Assembly: GCA_017822615.1 (NCBI GenBank)
Contig: GCA_017822615.1_4530.1
DNA from: a phage
Strand: one strand, 5' to 3'
Length of the DNA stretch: 64,000 bases
Made by a program: the position numbers and the translations under genes. Under the pieces are notes generated by a model. It was not told the origin of the DNA and did no database searches. It worked only from the letters and a program-made list of their open reading frames with translations. Position 1 is the stretch's first letter. Every line of letters begins with the position of its first letter. This document shows, piece by piece, positions 36,545-46,571 of the stretch.

Positions 36545-39141
36545 TGAGTAAGTTTACATGGGATATTGAAGCAAACGGATTGTTGAATAATGACACTATT
36601 GATTATTTAGCTAGTCCTTATCGTCTCAAAGACACATTTCAAATGCACTGTATTGTCTTAGAGAACCATGAAACAGGAGAAATAGTAGCTTTCCACGATG
36701 GCCCTAAATACATCTTTGATGGGCGTCCTTATGAAGAGTCAGATGGTAAATACACATATGTTCTTAAAGAGTATGTGGCGCAAGATTACACGCATTTTCA
36801 ACTAAAAGATTTCCCAGACTTTATTAATCATGAAGGTTATTTTAAAGACAAGCCTGAATATCTGGTTGAAATGGCTGTGGCTCACAACGGTATCAACTAC
36901 GACTGGTTGGCTACAAAACTGTTTTATGGATTAGATTACAGTGTTAAATATAATACGTGGGGCAAAAATAAGGTAAAACTTATTGACTCCTTGATTTTGA
37001 GTAAAGTGTTAAACCCAGATCGAAAGATTGAGGGCAAATCAGGACATAGCTTGGCAGCACTTTCTCGAAAAGCAGGTGGTGATGTAAAAATAGATTTCCG
37101 TAAAGAGATTCCAGAAGAAGATCGATTTAAGACTTTTGCTGCGGATATGCTTTATTACTGTATCTATGACAACAAAGCCAATACTAGCGTATATAACTAC
37201 CTTATGGAAGAATGGGGTGATTATGATAAATGGGAAGGTCCATTTGAACTTGAACAACGTGTAGCAGACATTATCACACGCCAAGAACACCGTGGGTTTG
37301 CTTTTAACATGAAGCAAGCAGAAGAGAACCTTGCTTTTTTGGATGCAGAAATGGAGCGTCTTCGTTTACTCGTTGAGCCTATTTTGCCACCTAAACCAGC
37401 AACAAAAGGCTATCTTAAGGCTTTTATTCCACCTAAGTTGCAAATTAAAAAGAACTTAGAGCCAACTAACCATATGATCAATTTTGCTAAGAAACATGAT
37501 GGTCATTTGGAAGAGAGGGATGGCGATTGGTGGTTAGTTATGTTGGGGAAAGAGTGGAAACTGCCAGTTGCAGCAGATGAACCTCTATGTGATCCTAACA
37601 TCCCTGCAACATTGAACGATACAACCCATATTAAAAACTGGCTTGTAGGATTAGGTTGGGTACCGTCTGAATATAAAGATAAAGACTTAACTCTTAAATC
37701 TGGCACCAAGATTAAAAAGAGCGAGGAAGAACTTCAGAAAGGTATTCGAGCTTACGTTGAGCAAACTCTATCTTCTAATTTTTGTCAGGATCGTTGTGAT
37801 CATCTGGAGTGCACACCGGAAACCTTGGAAAGGAAGATTCAAGAGCGTATAGCAAAAGGTAAAGGTCGCGGTCTTAAAGTATTGACTAACCCATGTTTTA
37901 CCAAAGGTCAGGAAAAAGAAATCTGTCCTAACCTGCAAGCTTTGGGTGAGAAATTTCCTTATGCTACTCAGATTGTAGAATACTTAACGTATAAGCATCG
38001 TAGGAACTCTATTTTAGGTGGCGGTGCTGATTGGGAAGAAGATGAAGAAGATCAAGAATACGATAAAGGTTTCTTAGCCGCAGTAAGGGCGGATGGGCGT
38101 ATTCCTACACCAGCCGCTACATGTGATGCTGCAACCTCTCGTATGAAGCATAGGTCTGTAGCCAATATCCCTCGTGTCACATCTTTGTTTGGATGGGAGA
38201 TGCGTAACTTGTTTGGTGTAGAAGTTCCTAAATACTTCCAGATCGGTTATGACTTCGACTCTTTGGAAGCAAAGATTGAGTCGCATTATTGTTGGCGCTA
38301 CGAACCGGAGCCTCATGAATACTGTAACGCTCTCTTGTTAGAGAAGCCTAACGATGTTCATACCATGATGGCAAAACGTATTACAGATACTATTGGGCGT
38401 AAGTTTGAACGTAGTCCGGCGAAATCTGTTAAATACGGGATCACTTATGGTGCACAAGCAGACAAGGTTGCTAAAACAATTGGTAGCGATAAATACACAG
38501 GGCAACTGGTGTTCGATGCTTTCTGGGAAGCTGCATTCCCACTGGCGCGTCTTAAAGAACGTTTAAACGATTTCTGGGTTAAGACTGGTAAACAGTATGT
38601 TTTGGGTATTGACGGTCGTAAGGTTCCTACTCGTTCTGCTCACGCGATTCTTAACTCTCTGTTCCAAAGTGGTGGGGTTATCTGTGCTAAACGTGCAATG
38701 GTTATTTATGACGACATGATCGAAGAAGAAGGGCTAAGTGTTGACTTCTTTAAAGATGACTGGAAGAATAAAGACTTCGTGCAACAAATGATTGCATATC
38801 ACGATGAAGCCCAGCTTGAAGTTTCTCGTAACCTTGTAGAATTCAAATGGTTTTCACCTGAATCATTAGGTTGGAAGAAAGTAGACGATCCTGAAGAACA
38901 AAAGAAAATTGATAAAGAATGCCTTGCTAAAGTTGAAGAATGGAAGCATAATAAGGAAAAAGAGACAGGGCAAATTTGGGCTAACATTCATGAATCTCCC
39001 AAAGGTGGATGGTTTACAGCCTATAGTCGGGCAGGTGAACTTGCTGCTTTAGCTGTTACTAAGGCTGGAGAATTTTACAATCTTAATGTTCAGCTTACTG
39101 CCGGATATGATGTGGGTAACTCCTGGGCGTCCTGTCACTAG
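36544..39141 (+). CDS. DNA polymerase, family A, with 3'-5' exonuclease domain
   Basis: GTG start; Exo I WDIEANGL; polymerase motif B KSVKYGITYGA and motif C YHDEAQLEV. Confidence 0.85.
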   Translation: MSKFTWDIEANGLLNNDTIDYLASPYRLKDTFQMHCIVLENHETGEIVAFHDGPKYIFDGRPYEESDGKYTYVLKEYVAQDYTHFQLKDFPDFINHEGYFKDKPEYLVEMAVAHNGINYDWLATKLFYGLDYSVKYNTWGKNKVKLIDSLILSKVLNPDRKIEGKSGHSLAALSRKAGGDVKIDFRKEIPEEDRFKTFAADMLYYCIYDNKANTSVYNYLMEEWGDYDKWEGPFELEQRVADIITRQEHRGFAFNMKQAEENLAFLDAEMERLRLLVEPILPPKPATKGYLKAFIPPKLQIKKNLEPTNHMINFAKKHDGHLEERDGDWWLVMLGKEWKLPVAADEPLCDPNIPATLNDTTHIKNWLVGLGWVPSEYKDKDLTLKSGTKIKKSEEELQKGIRAYVEQTLSSNFCQDRCDHLECTPETLERKIQERIAKGKGRGLKVLTNPCFTKGQEKEICPNLQALGEKFPYATQIVEYLTYKHRRNSILGGGADWEEDEEDQEYDKGFLAAVRADGRIPTPAATCDAATSRMKHRSVANIPRVTSLFGWEMRNLFGVEVPKYFQIGYDFDSLEAKIESHYCWRYEPEPHEYCNALLLEKPNDVHTMMAKRITDTIGRKFERSPAKSVKYGITYGAQADKVAKTIGSDKYTGQLVFDAFWEAAFPLARLKERLNDFWVKTGKQYVLGIDGRKVPTRSAHAILNSLFQSGGVICAKRAMVIYDDMIEEEGLSVDFFKDDWKNKDFVQQMIAYHDEAQLEVSRNLVEFKWFSPESLGWKKVDDPEEQKKIDKECLAKVEEWKHNKEKETGQIWANIHESPKGGWFTAYSRAGELAALAVTKAGEFYNLNVQLTAGYDVGNSWASCH

Positions 39142-39158
39142 TTAACTCATTGTTTTAT

Positions 39159-39180
39159 AAGGGGCTTCTGCCCCTTTATA
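39159..39180 (+). terminator. rho-independent terminator
   Basis: AAGGGGC-ttct-GCCCCTT then TATA. Confidence 0.5.
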
Positions 39181-39189
39181 GGAGGAGAT

Positions 39190-39381
39190 ATGCATTACGA
39201 TTTAGATTGTCTTGGTATGCCTTACCTACCAGATGAATTTGAAGGTGAAGAAGAACGTGAATGGGACGATGGGGATATCCGTTGTTGGTCTTGTGGTAAA
39301 GATATGTCCTATGAACAACATATGCACAATGATGGTTTCTGCATACATTGTTATAATGAAATTGATCTGGAGGAAGATTAA
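39190..39381 (+). CDS. small C4 zinc-finger protein
   Basis: 63 aa; CWSCGK...CIHCY. Confidence 0.45.
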   Translation: MHYDLDCLGMPYLPDEFEGEEEREWDDGDIRCWSCGKDMSYEQHMHNDGFCIHCYNEIDLEED

Positions 39382-39548
39382 TGGGAAATGGTATCATGAT
39401 TTGCTATAAAATTGTGCATATTGTCGGAGACGAAGTTATCACTCGGTATTTTATGATAGAGTCTCAAACCGATGAGGTTTACAATGACTGGCTTGAAAAA
39501 GGTGGATACGATTTTGTATCTAAAGAAACTTTCCGTTTAGAAGTATAA
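39381..39548 (+). CDS. small hypothetical protein (55 aa)
   Basis: not in track; TAATG junction with upstream stop. Confidence 0.3.
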   Translation: MGNGIMICYKIVHIVGDEVITRYFMIESQTDEVYNDWLEKGGYDFVSKETFRLEV

Positions 39549-39558
39549 GGAGAAAACA

Positions 39559-39777
39559 ATGCGTAAATTAGTGAGCTTTAATGTTTCAATTCTTGTTGAT
39601 GAACAAAATGAAGATGTTATTAAAGGTCTTGCAAATAAGATTGCAGGCGGAATGACGGAAGCTGAAGTGTGGGAAGAATGTGCTCGACTTTATGAGGAAG
39701 GTGTTATTGAGGTCTTGGGGGATGAGATTAATATGGACGATGTTGTAAAAGTAACTGTGGAGCGTATCCATGACTAA
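39559..39777 (+). CDS. hypothetical protein
   Basis: 72 aa, AAGGAG RBS. Confidence 0.45.
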   Translation: MRKLVSFNVSILVDEQNEDVIKGLANKIAGGMTEAEVWEECARLYEEGVIEVLGDEINMDDVVKVTVERIHD

Positions 39778-40363
39778 ATCAAAACAAATCAATATTGCCA
39801 AAGAAATTCTTACCGTATTAAAGATTGCTGATCCTAATTCTGTCTTGGCTGGCGGCGCTGTTCGTGATTGGCGTATTCTTGATATTGCTGGACGTGATCT
39901 GGATTTTTACACGTCTCTTCCTGCACATCGATCAGAAGAGCAAATACAAGAATTGATTGCATCTGCTTTGATGGGAACTAATGTTCGTAAATTAGGAAAC
40001 AAAGAAGCTTCGGATAACTACGAGGGTGTTACTGGTCTTAAACACGTTTTTGAGTTTGAACGTGATGGTCAGCTTTGCAACCTTATGATTATGGAACCAA
40101 GCGTAATGACAACCTTTCTAAATGAGTTTGATCTGTCCATCTGCCAGGCTGCATTTGATGGGAAGGATTGTTATTACTCTAAAGATTTTGAAACAACTTT
40201 GGAAACAGGGATCTGCTTCTTGCACAAAGATGTTAGAGAAGATGCCAAACACGTTATTAAAATTGCTACACGTTTCCCATATCTTCGTTTTGTGAAAGAG
40301 GTTAAGGTTCCACGTCCACCTCAAGTAGATACCAGATTGGAAGAAGATGATATTCCTTGGTAA
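39770..40363 (+). CDS. hypothetical protein with acidic SSB-like C-terminal tip (EEDDIPW)
   Basis: 197 aa, last residues LEEDDIPW. Confidence 0.45.
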   Translation: MTKSKQINIAKEILTVLKIADPNSVLAGGAVRDWRILDIAGRDLDFYTSLPAHRSEEQIQELIASALMGTNVRKLGNKEASDNYEGVTGLKHVFEFERDGQLCNLMIMEPSVMTTFLNEFDLSICQAAFDGKDCYYSKDFETTLETGICFLHKDVREDAKHVIKIATRFPYLRFVKEVKVPRPPQVDTRLEEDDIPW

Positions 40364-40370
40364 TTAAAGC

Positions 40371-40400
40371 TTGACAATATTAAACATTTTATGATAGGAT
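40371..40400 (+). promoter_or_regulatory. sigma70-like promoter
   Basis: TTGACA N18 TAGGAT. Confidence 0.4.
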
Positions 40401-40408
40401 AGCATTCA

Positions 40409-40801
40409 ATGACTGAACGTTCTAAGATAGCTGTTGAAACTGTTTATGGAAACTACACCAGTTTGACACTAGTTGAGAAAAATGTTGTAGGTCTTGACAA
40501 CTCTTTTTATTTTCAAATTTTGGTTATTCAAGGTGGAAACAAGAAGCTAACTGCTCGTGTCGAAACATCTGAAATAATTGAAACCACTGTTACAAACAAA
40601 GAATTCATTTCACTGCAAGATACAATCCGAAACGTTATAGACGAAGAAGGCAAAGCTGCCACAATTAAACTCGGAGGTTTCCCAGTGCAAATAGTTCATT
40701 TTCCTAATGGTGAAATTGGAGTTGGAATAGGTAAAGGTAAATACCTGTTAGAGCAAGATGATATGGAAAGACTCCGCTCTTTCTGTGCAAAATTAATGTA
40801 A
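40409..40801 (+). CDS. hypothetical protein
   Basis: 130 aa. Confidence 0.45.
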   Translation: MTERSKIAVETVYGNYTSLTLVEKNVVGLDNSFYFQILVIQGGNKKLTARVETSEIIETTVTNKEFISLQDTIRNVIDEEGKAATIKLGGFPVQIVHFPNGEIGVGIGKGKYLLEQDDMERLRSFCAKLM

Positions 40802-40817
40802 TGTAGAGGAGATAATA

Positions 40818-41705
40818 ATGTCCGTAATTAATACTGAAACTGATCGTAAAGGCAAAACCGTAACTTATGCAACTGGTATCGTAGACTACGTTAAACTGGA
40901 TAAATTCGCTGAACCTAAAACTTTTCATTGGGAAGGAAAAACGATTGTTTCAACTCACCGAGCCTCTCTTGTTCTGAAAGAGAAAGGTGCTAAACCAGAT
41001 GAGAAAGGTGTTTGGATTTCTCTTGGTGACATTGAACTGAAAGAAGGTTATGAAAACCTGCAAGTCAAAGAAGGTGATAATTGGATCACTATTGAAAAAG
41101 GTGTAGAAGTAAGTATTGATATTGATCGCGTTGATAATAAAGGCGGTAAAACTTACTACAATACTAAAAAATCTCGTATTACAGTATTGTCTACCGATGG
41201 TGTTCAGAAGTCTAACAAATCTTCTGGCAATAAAGGTTCCAACGATGCTGCTCCTAAGCAGTCCTATAAAAAACGTGATACTGTAGGTCTGGAAACTGGT
41301 CACGCAGTAAATGGTGCACTGGAACTGATTCGTAATGGTGTTAAAGGTGATGCTTTCGATATCGCTGGGGTTGTTCAATCTGCAACTGTCACGCTGAAAT
41401 CGGAAATTGCTGAATCTCGTGGCGTTGATATTAATGATTATGATCTTGGGGCATCTGTTGGTCACGCTATTCTCAATGCTTGTAAAGACCATACCATTAA
41501 GACTGTATCTGTAGAAGATCTGATTGACTCTGCTCGTAAAGTTCTAGCTCTGTCTGATAAAGTTGCTGCTGCCATTCGTGGTTCCGCAGAACAACCTAAG
41601 AAAGAAGAGAAGAAAGAAGTTAAGAAACCTGAACCACAACCAGAACCAACTCCAAGCAATCAAGAAGAACCTCCAATGGACTTCGATGATGATATTCCGT
41701 TCTGA
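40818..41705 (+). CDS. ssb: single-stranded DNA-binding protein with E. coli SSB-type C-terminal tip
   Basis: 295 aa; flexible G/S/K-rich linker and terminal PPMDFDDDIPF, which matches the C-terminus of E. coli SSB as I recall it; the N-terminal domain does not resemble E. coli SSB. Confidence 0.6.
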   Translation: MSVINTETDRKGKTVTYATGIVDYVKLDKFAEPKTFHWEGKTIVSTHRASLVLKEKGAKPDEKGVWISLGDIELKEGYENLQVKEGDNWITIEKGVEVSIDIDRVDNKGGKTYYNTKKSRITVLSTDGVQKSNKSSGNKGSNDAAPKQSYKKRDTVGLETGHAVNGALELIRNGVKGDAFDIAGVVQSATVTLKSEIAESRGVDINDYDLGASVGHAILNACKDHTIKTVSVEDLIDSARKVLALSDKVAAAIRGSAEQPKKEEKKEVKKPEPQPEPTPSNQEEPPMDFDDDIPF

Positions 41706-41730
41706 TCTTATTGATTTATAAAGAGTTTTT

Positions 41731-41768
41731 ATAAAAGAAAAGGGAACCTTTGCGGGTTCCCTTTTTAT
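41731..41768. terminator. bidirectional terminator at convergent junction
   Basis: GGGAACC-tttgcg-GGTTCCC flanked by A-run upstream and TTTTTATT downstream; between stop of ssb (+) and stop of 41768..44443 (-). Confidence 0.65.
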
Positions 41769-44443
41769 TAGTCGTAATATTTCAAACCTGTAATGAACTT
41801 CGATCCCCAATCCGCACTTGCGGCGGTGAACGTCAACATCCAAGTTGTAGCTGTACCAGTGAAGACCTCTCGTTGCACAGTACCATCAGTGTGGTAAATG
41901 TCCACGCCAGTATGTCCATTCTTAGGAATAGTGAAGGTAACAGCACTGGTAGTGTCTCGTGCATAAGAACAAACAAATGGTGTCCCAGCCCAAACTGGAT
42001 TTGTCATATCACCCATCTCAAGCTGTGGAACCCAAGCAATAAGACCTGCCGTACCATCTCCTGCGAAAGTGTCTGATCCACTTGCATTCAAAGCTATAAT
42101 CTCATAGGTTATAGATGCTTGTTTGGCAACTGTCACTTTGTGTAGAATTACACGATACCAACCATTCCCCATATCGATTATGTTTGCATCTGCACCTGTA
42201 AATGTTCCAGCTACAAGATCATAAGTCCCTTCGTTAATCTCATCTCCTGAAGTCAATTTGAGTTTCACTTTAGTGATCCCGTCTGGCTTCAAGAATACGG
42301 ATGCCGCCCAGTGCTTACCTGCTGTAATATCAGAAGCTGTATTCACTGCTGATAAAATATGTTGTCCTGAAGTTGTAGAAGGTGTTAACTTGTAAGTGTT
42401 AGCTGTAGTTCCAACCGGAGAGTTGATTGTTGATGCCGTGACTGTCAAGTTCGTCTTCAACCACGGGGAAGCTGTTGTCAAGTTATTGTTGATAAAGATA
42501 TGTGTACGGTTGGCTGCTACAACACGTCTACCTTGTGGAGTTGTACCAACATATTCTAAAGGTGCTACGGGAGCAGAACTCTCTGTAGGTACAAGGATAT
42601 CTCCAGAAGCCCTGGCATAACGGTTACTCCTGTTGACCTTTACATCCGCCGGAATAGTTTCTTGCGTCAAATCATAATCCATCACAATCACCACAGCATT
42701 CACTGTGAGATAAGAACTATCTTCGGCAGTTACCACACCTTGATAAGTTGCTCTACAACCGATACGACAACCTCCATCAGCAACCGCTGTAATAACGCCT
42801 GTAACGGGGTCAACTGTTGCTACCGTAGGGTCATTAGAGAAATACTCAACAACCATACCAGGTAAGCTTGCTGCTCCTGTTGGCGTTATTTCTGCTACCA
42901 TTGTTTGTGTTGTTCCTACATCCATCGCAGATAAGCTAGGGGTGTAAACACTCAATGTTGAAGCATATCCTCCAGAGGTATCTGATAAAGTTGTTCCTTC
43001 AGCGTTTAAGGCTGTCATACCTGCATCAAAACCACCTTCTGCATGGAAAGTCATTAAACCAGTAGATGATATTGTCATGTTTGCAGGGGCAGAAGAAGTG
43101 TATTTAATATTGAAAAGTTTGCCTCCTTCTGGGCTAACAGAATGTGTCAACTGTTTAGTTCCACCTACAATACAAATTCCTAAAGAATCTGTAGTTAAGC
43201 CTGTTGCCAGAATATCGCCCGTAATCACGGAGCTTGCTATTGGTGTGAATTTATTATAGTTTAGACCACTATTGAACAGATACGAGGCTTTCCCATCTTT
43301 CCAAATACCGGAATAATACATATCTCCATTATAAACGAAAAAGGTTCCTTGATAACCTAATTGGTTAGTAACATCCATATTCAGCGTATGAACGCTTGTG
43401 AGCTTGTTTATATCCCAAGAACCCACTCCTTCAGGTTTAACTGGTTTTCCCACTTGGAGTGGATCTCCGCTCGCAGAATCATACCCCAAACCTAAGTTTG
43501 CAGTGTAGTTCTTACCAATAGCCCACAAGGAATTATTGATCCCAACGAAAAAAGAGTGGCGGCTTGGTGGAAACTTCCATGTTGAGAAACCTGCTGCAAA
43601 GGTATCCAGTTTAGTGTAGGTTGTTTCTGTATTAGATCTAACATATAAGTAGTTTACTGTACCCGTGCCACCGGAGGTATCTCCTACAACTATTGTCTGG
43701 GAAACTGTATTGATGTAATCTTTGACATACACTGTTTCAGTAGTGGATATTGTGGCATTGACAAAAGCTGTTGTTGTGTTATTATTACCTGCTAAACCTT
43801 TACTAGCTCCACAAACACGCAAGGTTCCCACATTGTTGACATAAGAGCATTGGTTGTAACCTGCATCAAAAGCAACTGCTGCGCTTGTTATCTGACGAGG
43901 AGTAGAAACTTCGTTAGTAGTGCTTGCACCTAAACTACCTACTGTGTTTTGACCCGATCCATAAAGAACACCACTATTCATTAACCAGAGAGTATTGTTA
44001 TACCCTCCTTTAACCTCTTTAAGATTGGCTAAAGAAATAGTCCCTGTTATTACAGATGGAAAGCTGGTCCAGGTAGTTACACATGCATCCGTACCACCTG
44101 CTGCTATAGATCCTACCAACCCTGCTGTCAATCCTGAATATTGCCATCCCCCACTGTTAGTTTTAATAACAAAACAACGATCTGCGGTAAACACATCCGC
44201 TACTACAGTAGAAGCTAAGTGGAAATTATTGAATCGTGCACTACGAGTTCCATCTGCAATCTCACCAAAGAGGTTTGCGCCTTGAGTAAACAATCTACCA
44301 TCATTAAGCAAAATTGCTAAACTGCTGTTAGAATTACCAGCGTTATCTGGGTAATCTAAAGTGATTACTTTTTTAACAATACCTGCTGGCAGAGGAACGA
44401 CACCAGTGCTGGTCATAATAGTAAATATTGGAATTGGAAACAT
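41768..44443 (-). CDS. tail fibre-like structural protein
   Basis: 891 aa, G/S/T/N-rich, distal end of structural operon. Confidence 0.45.
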   Translation of the reverse strand: MFPIPIFTIMTSTGVVPLPAGIVKKVITLDYPDNAGNSNSSLAILLNDGRLFTQGANLFGEIADGTRSARFNNFHLASTVVADVFTADRCFVIKTNSGGWQYSGLTAGLVGSIAAGGTDACVTTWTSFPSVITGTISLANLKEVKGGYNNTLWLMNSGVLYGSGQNTVGSLGASTTNEVSTPRQITSAAVAFDAGYNQCSYVNNVGTLRVCGASKGLAGNNNTTTAFVNATISTTETVYVKDYINTVSQTIVVGDTSGGTGTVNYLYVRSNTETTYTKLDTFAAGFSTWKFPPSRHSFFVGINNSLWAIGKNYTANLGLGYDSASGDPLQVGKPVKPEGVGSWDINKLTSVHTLNMDVTNQLGYQGTFFVYNGDMYYSGIWKDGKASYLFNSGLNYNKFTPIASSVITGDILATGLTTDSLGICIVGGTKQLTHSVSPEGGKLFNIKYTSSAPANMTISSTGLMTFHAEGGFDAGMTALNAEGTTLSDTSGGYASTLSVYTPSLSAMDVGTTQTMVAEITPTGAASLPGMVVEYFSNDPTVATVDPVTGVITAVADGGCRIGCRATYQGVVTAEDSSYLTVNAVVIVMDYDLTQETIPADVKVNRSNRYARASGDILVPTESSAPVAPLEYVGTTPQGRRVVAANRTHIFINNNLTTASPWLKTNLTVTASTINSPVGTTANTYKLTPSTTSGQHILSAVNTASDITAGKHWAASVFLKPDGITKVKLKLTSGDEINEGTYDLVAGTFTGADANIIDMGNGWYRVILHKVTVAKQASITYEIIALNASGSDTFAGDGTAGLIAWVPQLEMGDMTNPVWAGTPFVCSYARDTTSAVTFTIPKNGHTGVDIYHTDGTVQREVFTGTATTWMLTFTAASADWGSKFITGLKYYD

Positions 44444-44452
44444 TTAAACCCT

Positions 44453-44481
44453 CCATAAAAAGAAAGCCCCTTTCGGGGCTT
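44453..44481 (-). terminator. hairpin terminator/attenuator between tail fibre genes
   Basis: AAGCCCC-tttc-GGGGCTT with U-run on minus-strand RNA (rc of CCATAAAAAGAA). Confidence 0.5.
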
Positions 44482-44484
44482 CTG

Positions 44485-46509
44485 TTATCGTGTTACAACA
44501 ACCATGTCCACGATATCACCCACACCAGGATACGTTAATTGCAAAATTGTTACTGCGTTAGCAGTAGTTGCTATTTCTGTATCATTTAGTGCTCCATAAG
44601 ACGCATCTAGTGTAACCGTGTGTCCCGTTGTATCTTGAATCAAATAAATCATTGCTGAAAACGCTTTAGGTTTTGTAGAGCCAGTGACACCAGGCCATGC
44701 TCCAACTGTCAGAGCGTCAGTTACTGTAACAAAATACATATTGGAAGTTCCAGAAGGAGTCCAAGATGCTCCAGAGTTGGCAGTAGTTGTTTCAAGTTCC
44801 ATGAAACCTGCTGTAACTCTAGTTGGTGTTATAGCTTCCGTAGGATCTGATCCTGATATTTCGATCCAATTTCCATCAGACCTACCATACGTCAAGCCGT
44901 CTTGAGGGGCTTCTGGTATACTAGGAAGAGTGCCTATAAGCGTCCACGTAGAAGAATCTGTTTTCTTAAACACTGCTCCAGTGGTAGTATTGAAGGCGTA
45001 ATCATTGATAACACCGTCTCCTGCGACTGGATTAGTTGTTGCTACAAACCACTGTGCGCCGTCCTTACCGTTGGTCCCATCAGTACCGTTGGTTCCGTTT
45101 GTTCCAGGATCACCCTTATCTCCTTTATCCCCTTTTTCACCTTTGTCGCCTTTAATACTTCCCATGTCAACAAAAGATGCGGAATTGGTGTCTTGATCGT
45201 AGGTATAGATGTAAAGATTACTAGTGTCTTCAGTTAAGTAAGCATCACCATAGTTATTGTAAACAGGGAGAGCTTCACTGTTCGGAACATGACCTTTAGC
45301 TGTAATTGATGTTCCTCCAAGACTGCCAACATTCATCCATTCCGTAGCATCTTGGACCCAAACATATAAATCATTATTAATTTTATATGCGTCACCTACT
45401 TCTCCAGTCGGAGGAAGTTCAGCTTCGCTGTTCAGAACCCCGATAATCTCTAAGCCTGATCCTGTTGCACCCACTGGTCCTTGTGGACCTAGTTCACCTT
45501 GTGGACCTCGCTCTCCTTGATCACCCTTGTCTCCTTTTGGACCTTTAAGTGAGGCAATAAAATCTACTTCTGTCCCTTCATTACCAGCATCCAGCCAACT
45601 TTGATATGCAGATTTCCCTTCATCTCCATCTGTTCCATCTAGACCGTCTTTTCCTGCCTCGCCTTGTGGACCTTGAGGACCAACAATATTACCCATGTTG
45701 ACCCAAGCTGTCCCATTAGAGACATAAAGATTACCATTGATAGAATAAGCTTGGCTTACGTTTTCAGAGGTAGGTTGTGGTAAGTTACTTGTAGAAGGCA
45801 AATCTCCACGATAATCAAAACCGTTGGCGTTAACACCAGGTGCTCCCTGTGGCCCTGTAGGACCAACATCGCCTTTATCACCTTTTATAGAGGTAAGGAA
45901 ATCATAAACAGATCCTGTATTACCATCTGCCAACCATACCTCGTAAGCTGATTTACCTTCTGGCCCAAGAGAAGAAATAAGTTTCCAAACAGAACCATCC
46001 CAAGCGTAGATTACATCACCTACGATATAACCATCCCCTGCAACGTTACCTGTGGATGGTAGTTCACTAGTACTTGCTAATGATCCTTTAATATTAAGTT
46101 GAGCACCAGTATCCCCTTTCAAAGAGGCAAGCCACTGTGCTTCTGTTCCAACAAAACCATTATCAAGTGCGATCTGATAAGCCGATTTACCAGCTTCAGG
46201 TATTGTTTCCGACAGATCATCAATTTGTTGCTGCATTGCCGTAAACTTGGCATTGATAATTGCTATATCATCAGCGGTCCCAACACTTTGCCATGCAAGG
46301 GAAGAAATACCACCTGTGGTGGCTGGCGTAGAGTTTGCTGGAACCACTTTAGGAAAAGTTCCTTTCCATTGGTAATAATTCCCTTCTGCTGCTAACAGCA
46401 AAACTTCACGGGAATTACGTAATGTAAAACCTGCCTCAAAGCTGCGACGTTTTCGATAAGTAGCTTCTACCAGATCGGCTATCGCACTATTAGGTCTTGT
46501 TAAATTCAT
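44485..46509 (-). CDS. tail fibre protein with collagen-like Gly-X-Y repeats
   Basis: 674 aa; GDKGDVGPTGPQGAPG, GPQGPQGEAGKDGLDGTDG, KGPKGDKGDQGERGPQGELGPQGPVGATG, KGDKGEKGDKGDKGDPGTNGTNGTDG; three repeats of GKSAYQ/E..W...G....DF..S.KG. Confidence 0.6.
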   Translation of the reverse strand: MNLTRPNSAIADLVEATYRKRRSFEAGFTLRNSREVLLLAAEGNYYQWKGTFPKVVPANSTPATTGGISSLAWQSVGTADDIAIINAKFTAMQQQIDDLSETIPEAGKSAYQIALDNGFVGTEAQWLASLKGDTGAQLNIKGSLASTSELPSTGNVAGDGYIVGDVIYAWDGSVWKLISSLGPEGKSAYEVWLADGNTGSVYDFLTSIKGDKGDVGPTGPQGAPGVNANGFDYRGDLPSTSNLPQPTSENVSQAYSINGNLYVSNGTAWVNMGNIVGPQGPQGEAGKDGLDGTDGDEGKSAYQSWLDAGNEGTEVDFIASLKGPKGDKGDQGERGPQGELGPQGPVGATGSGLEIIGVLNSEAELPPTGEVGDAYKINNDLYVWVQDATEWMNVGSLGGTSITAKGHVPNSEALPVYNNYGDAYLTEDTSNLYIYTYDQDTNSASFVDMGSIKGDKGEKGDKGDKGDPGTNGTNGTDGTNGKDGAQWFVATTNPVAGDGVINDYAFNTTTGAVFKKTDSSTWTLIGTLPSIPEAPQDGLTYGRSDGNWIEISGSDPTEAITPTRVTAGFMELETTTANSGASWTPSGTSNMYFVTVTDALTVGAWPGVTGSTKPKAFSAMIYLIQDTTGHTVTLDASYGALNDTEIATTANAVTILQLTYPGVGDIVDMVVVTR

Positions 46510-46571
46510 TTATCTCTCCTATCATTAGACCATTCTATTGGAAGAAGAGGGGGAATCCCCCCTCTATTCCA

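Noticed and set aside
44485-46509. Possible CRISPR-like or satellite repeat from repeated DNA in the fibre gene
   Set aside because: The repeats are in-frame coding Gly-X-Y and GKSAY modules inside one long ORF, with no spacer-repeat periodicity.
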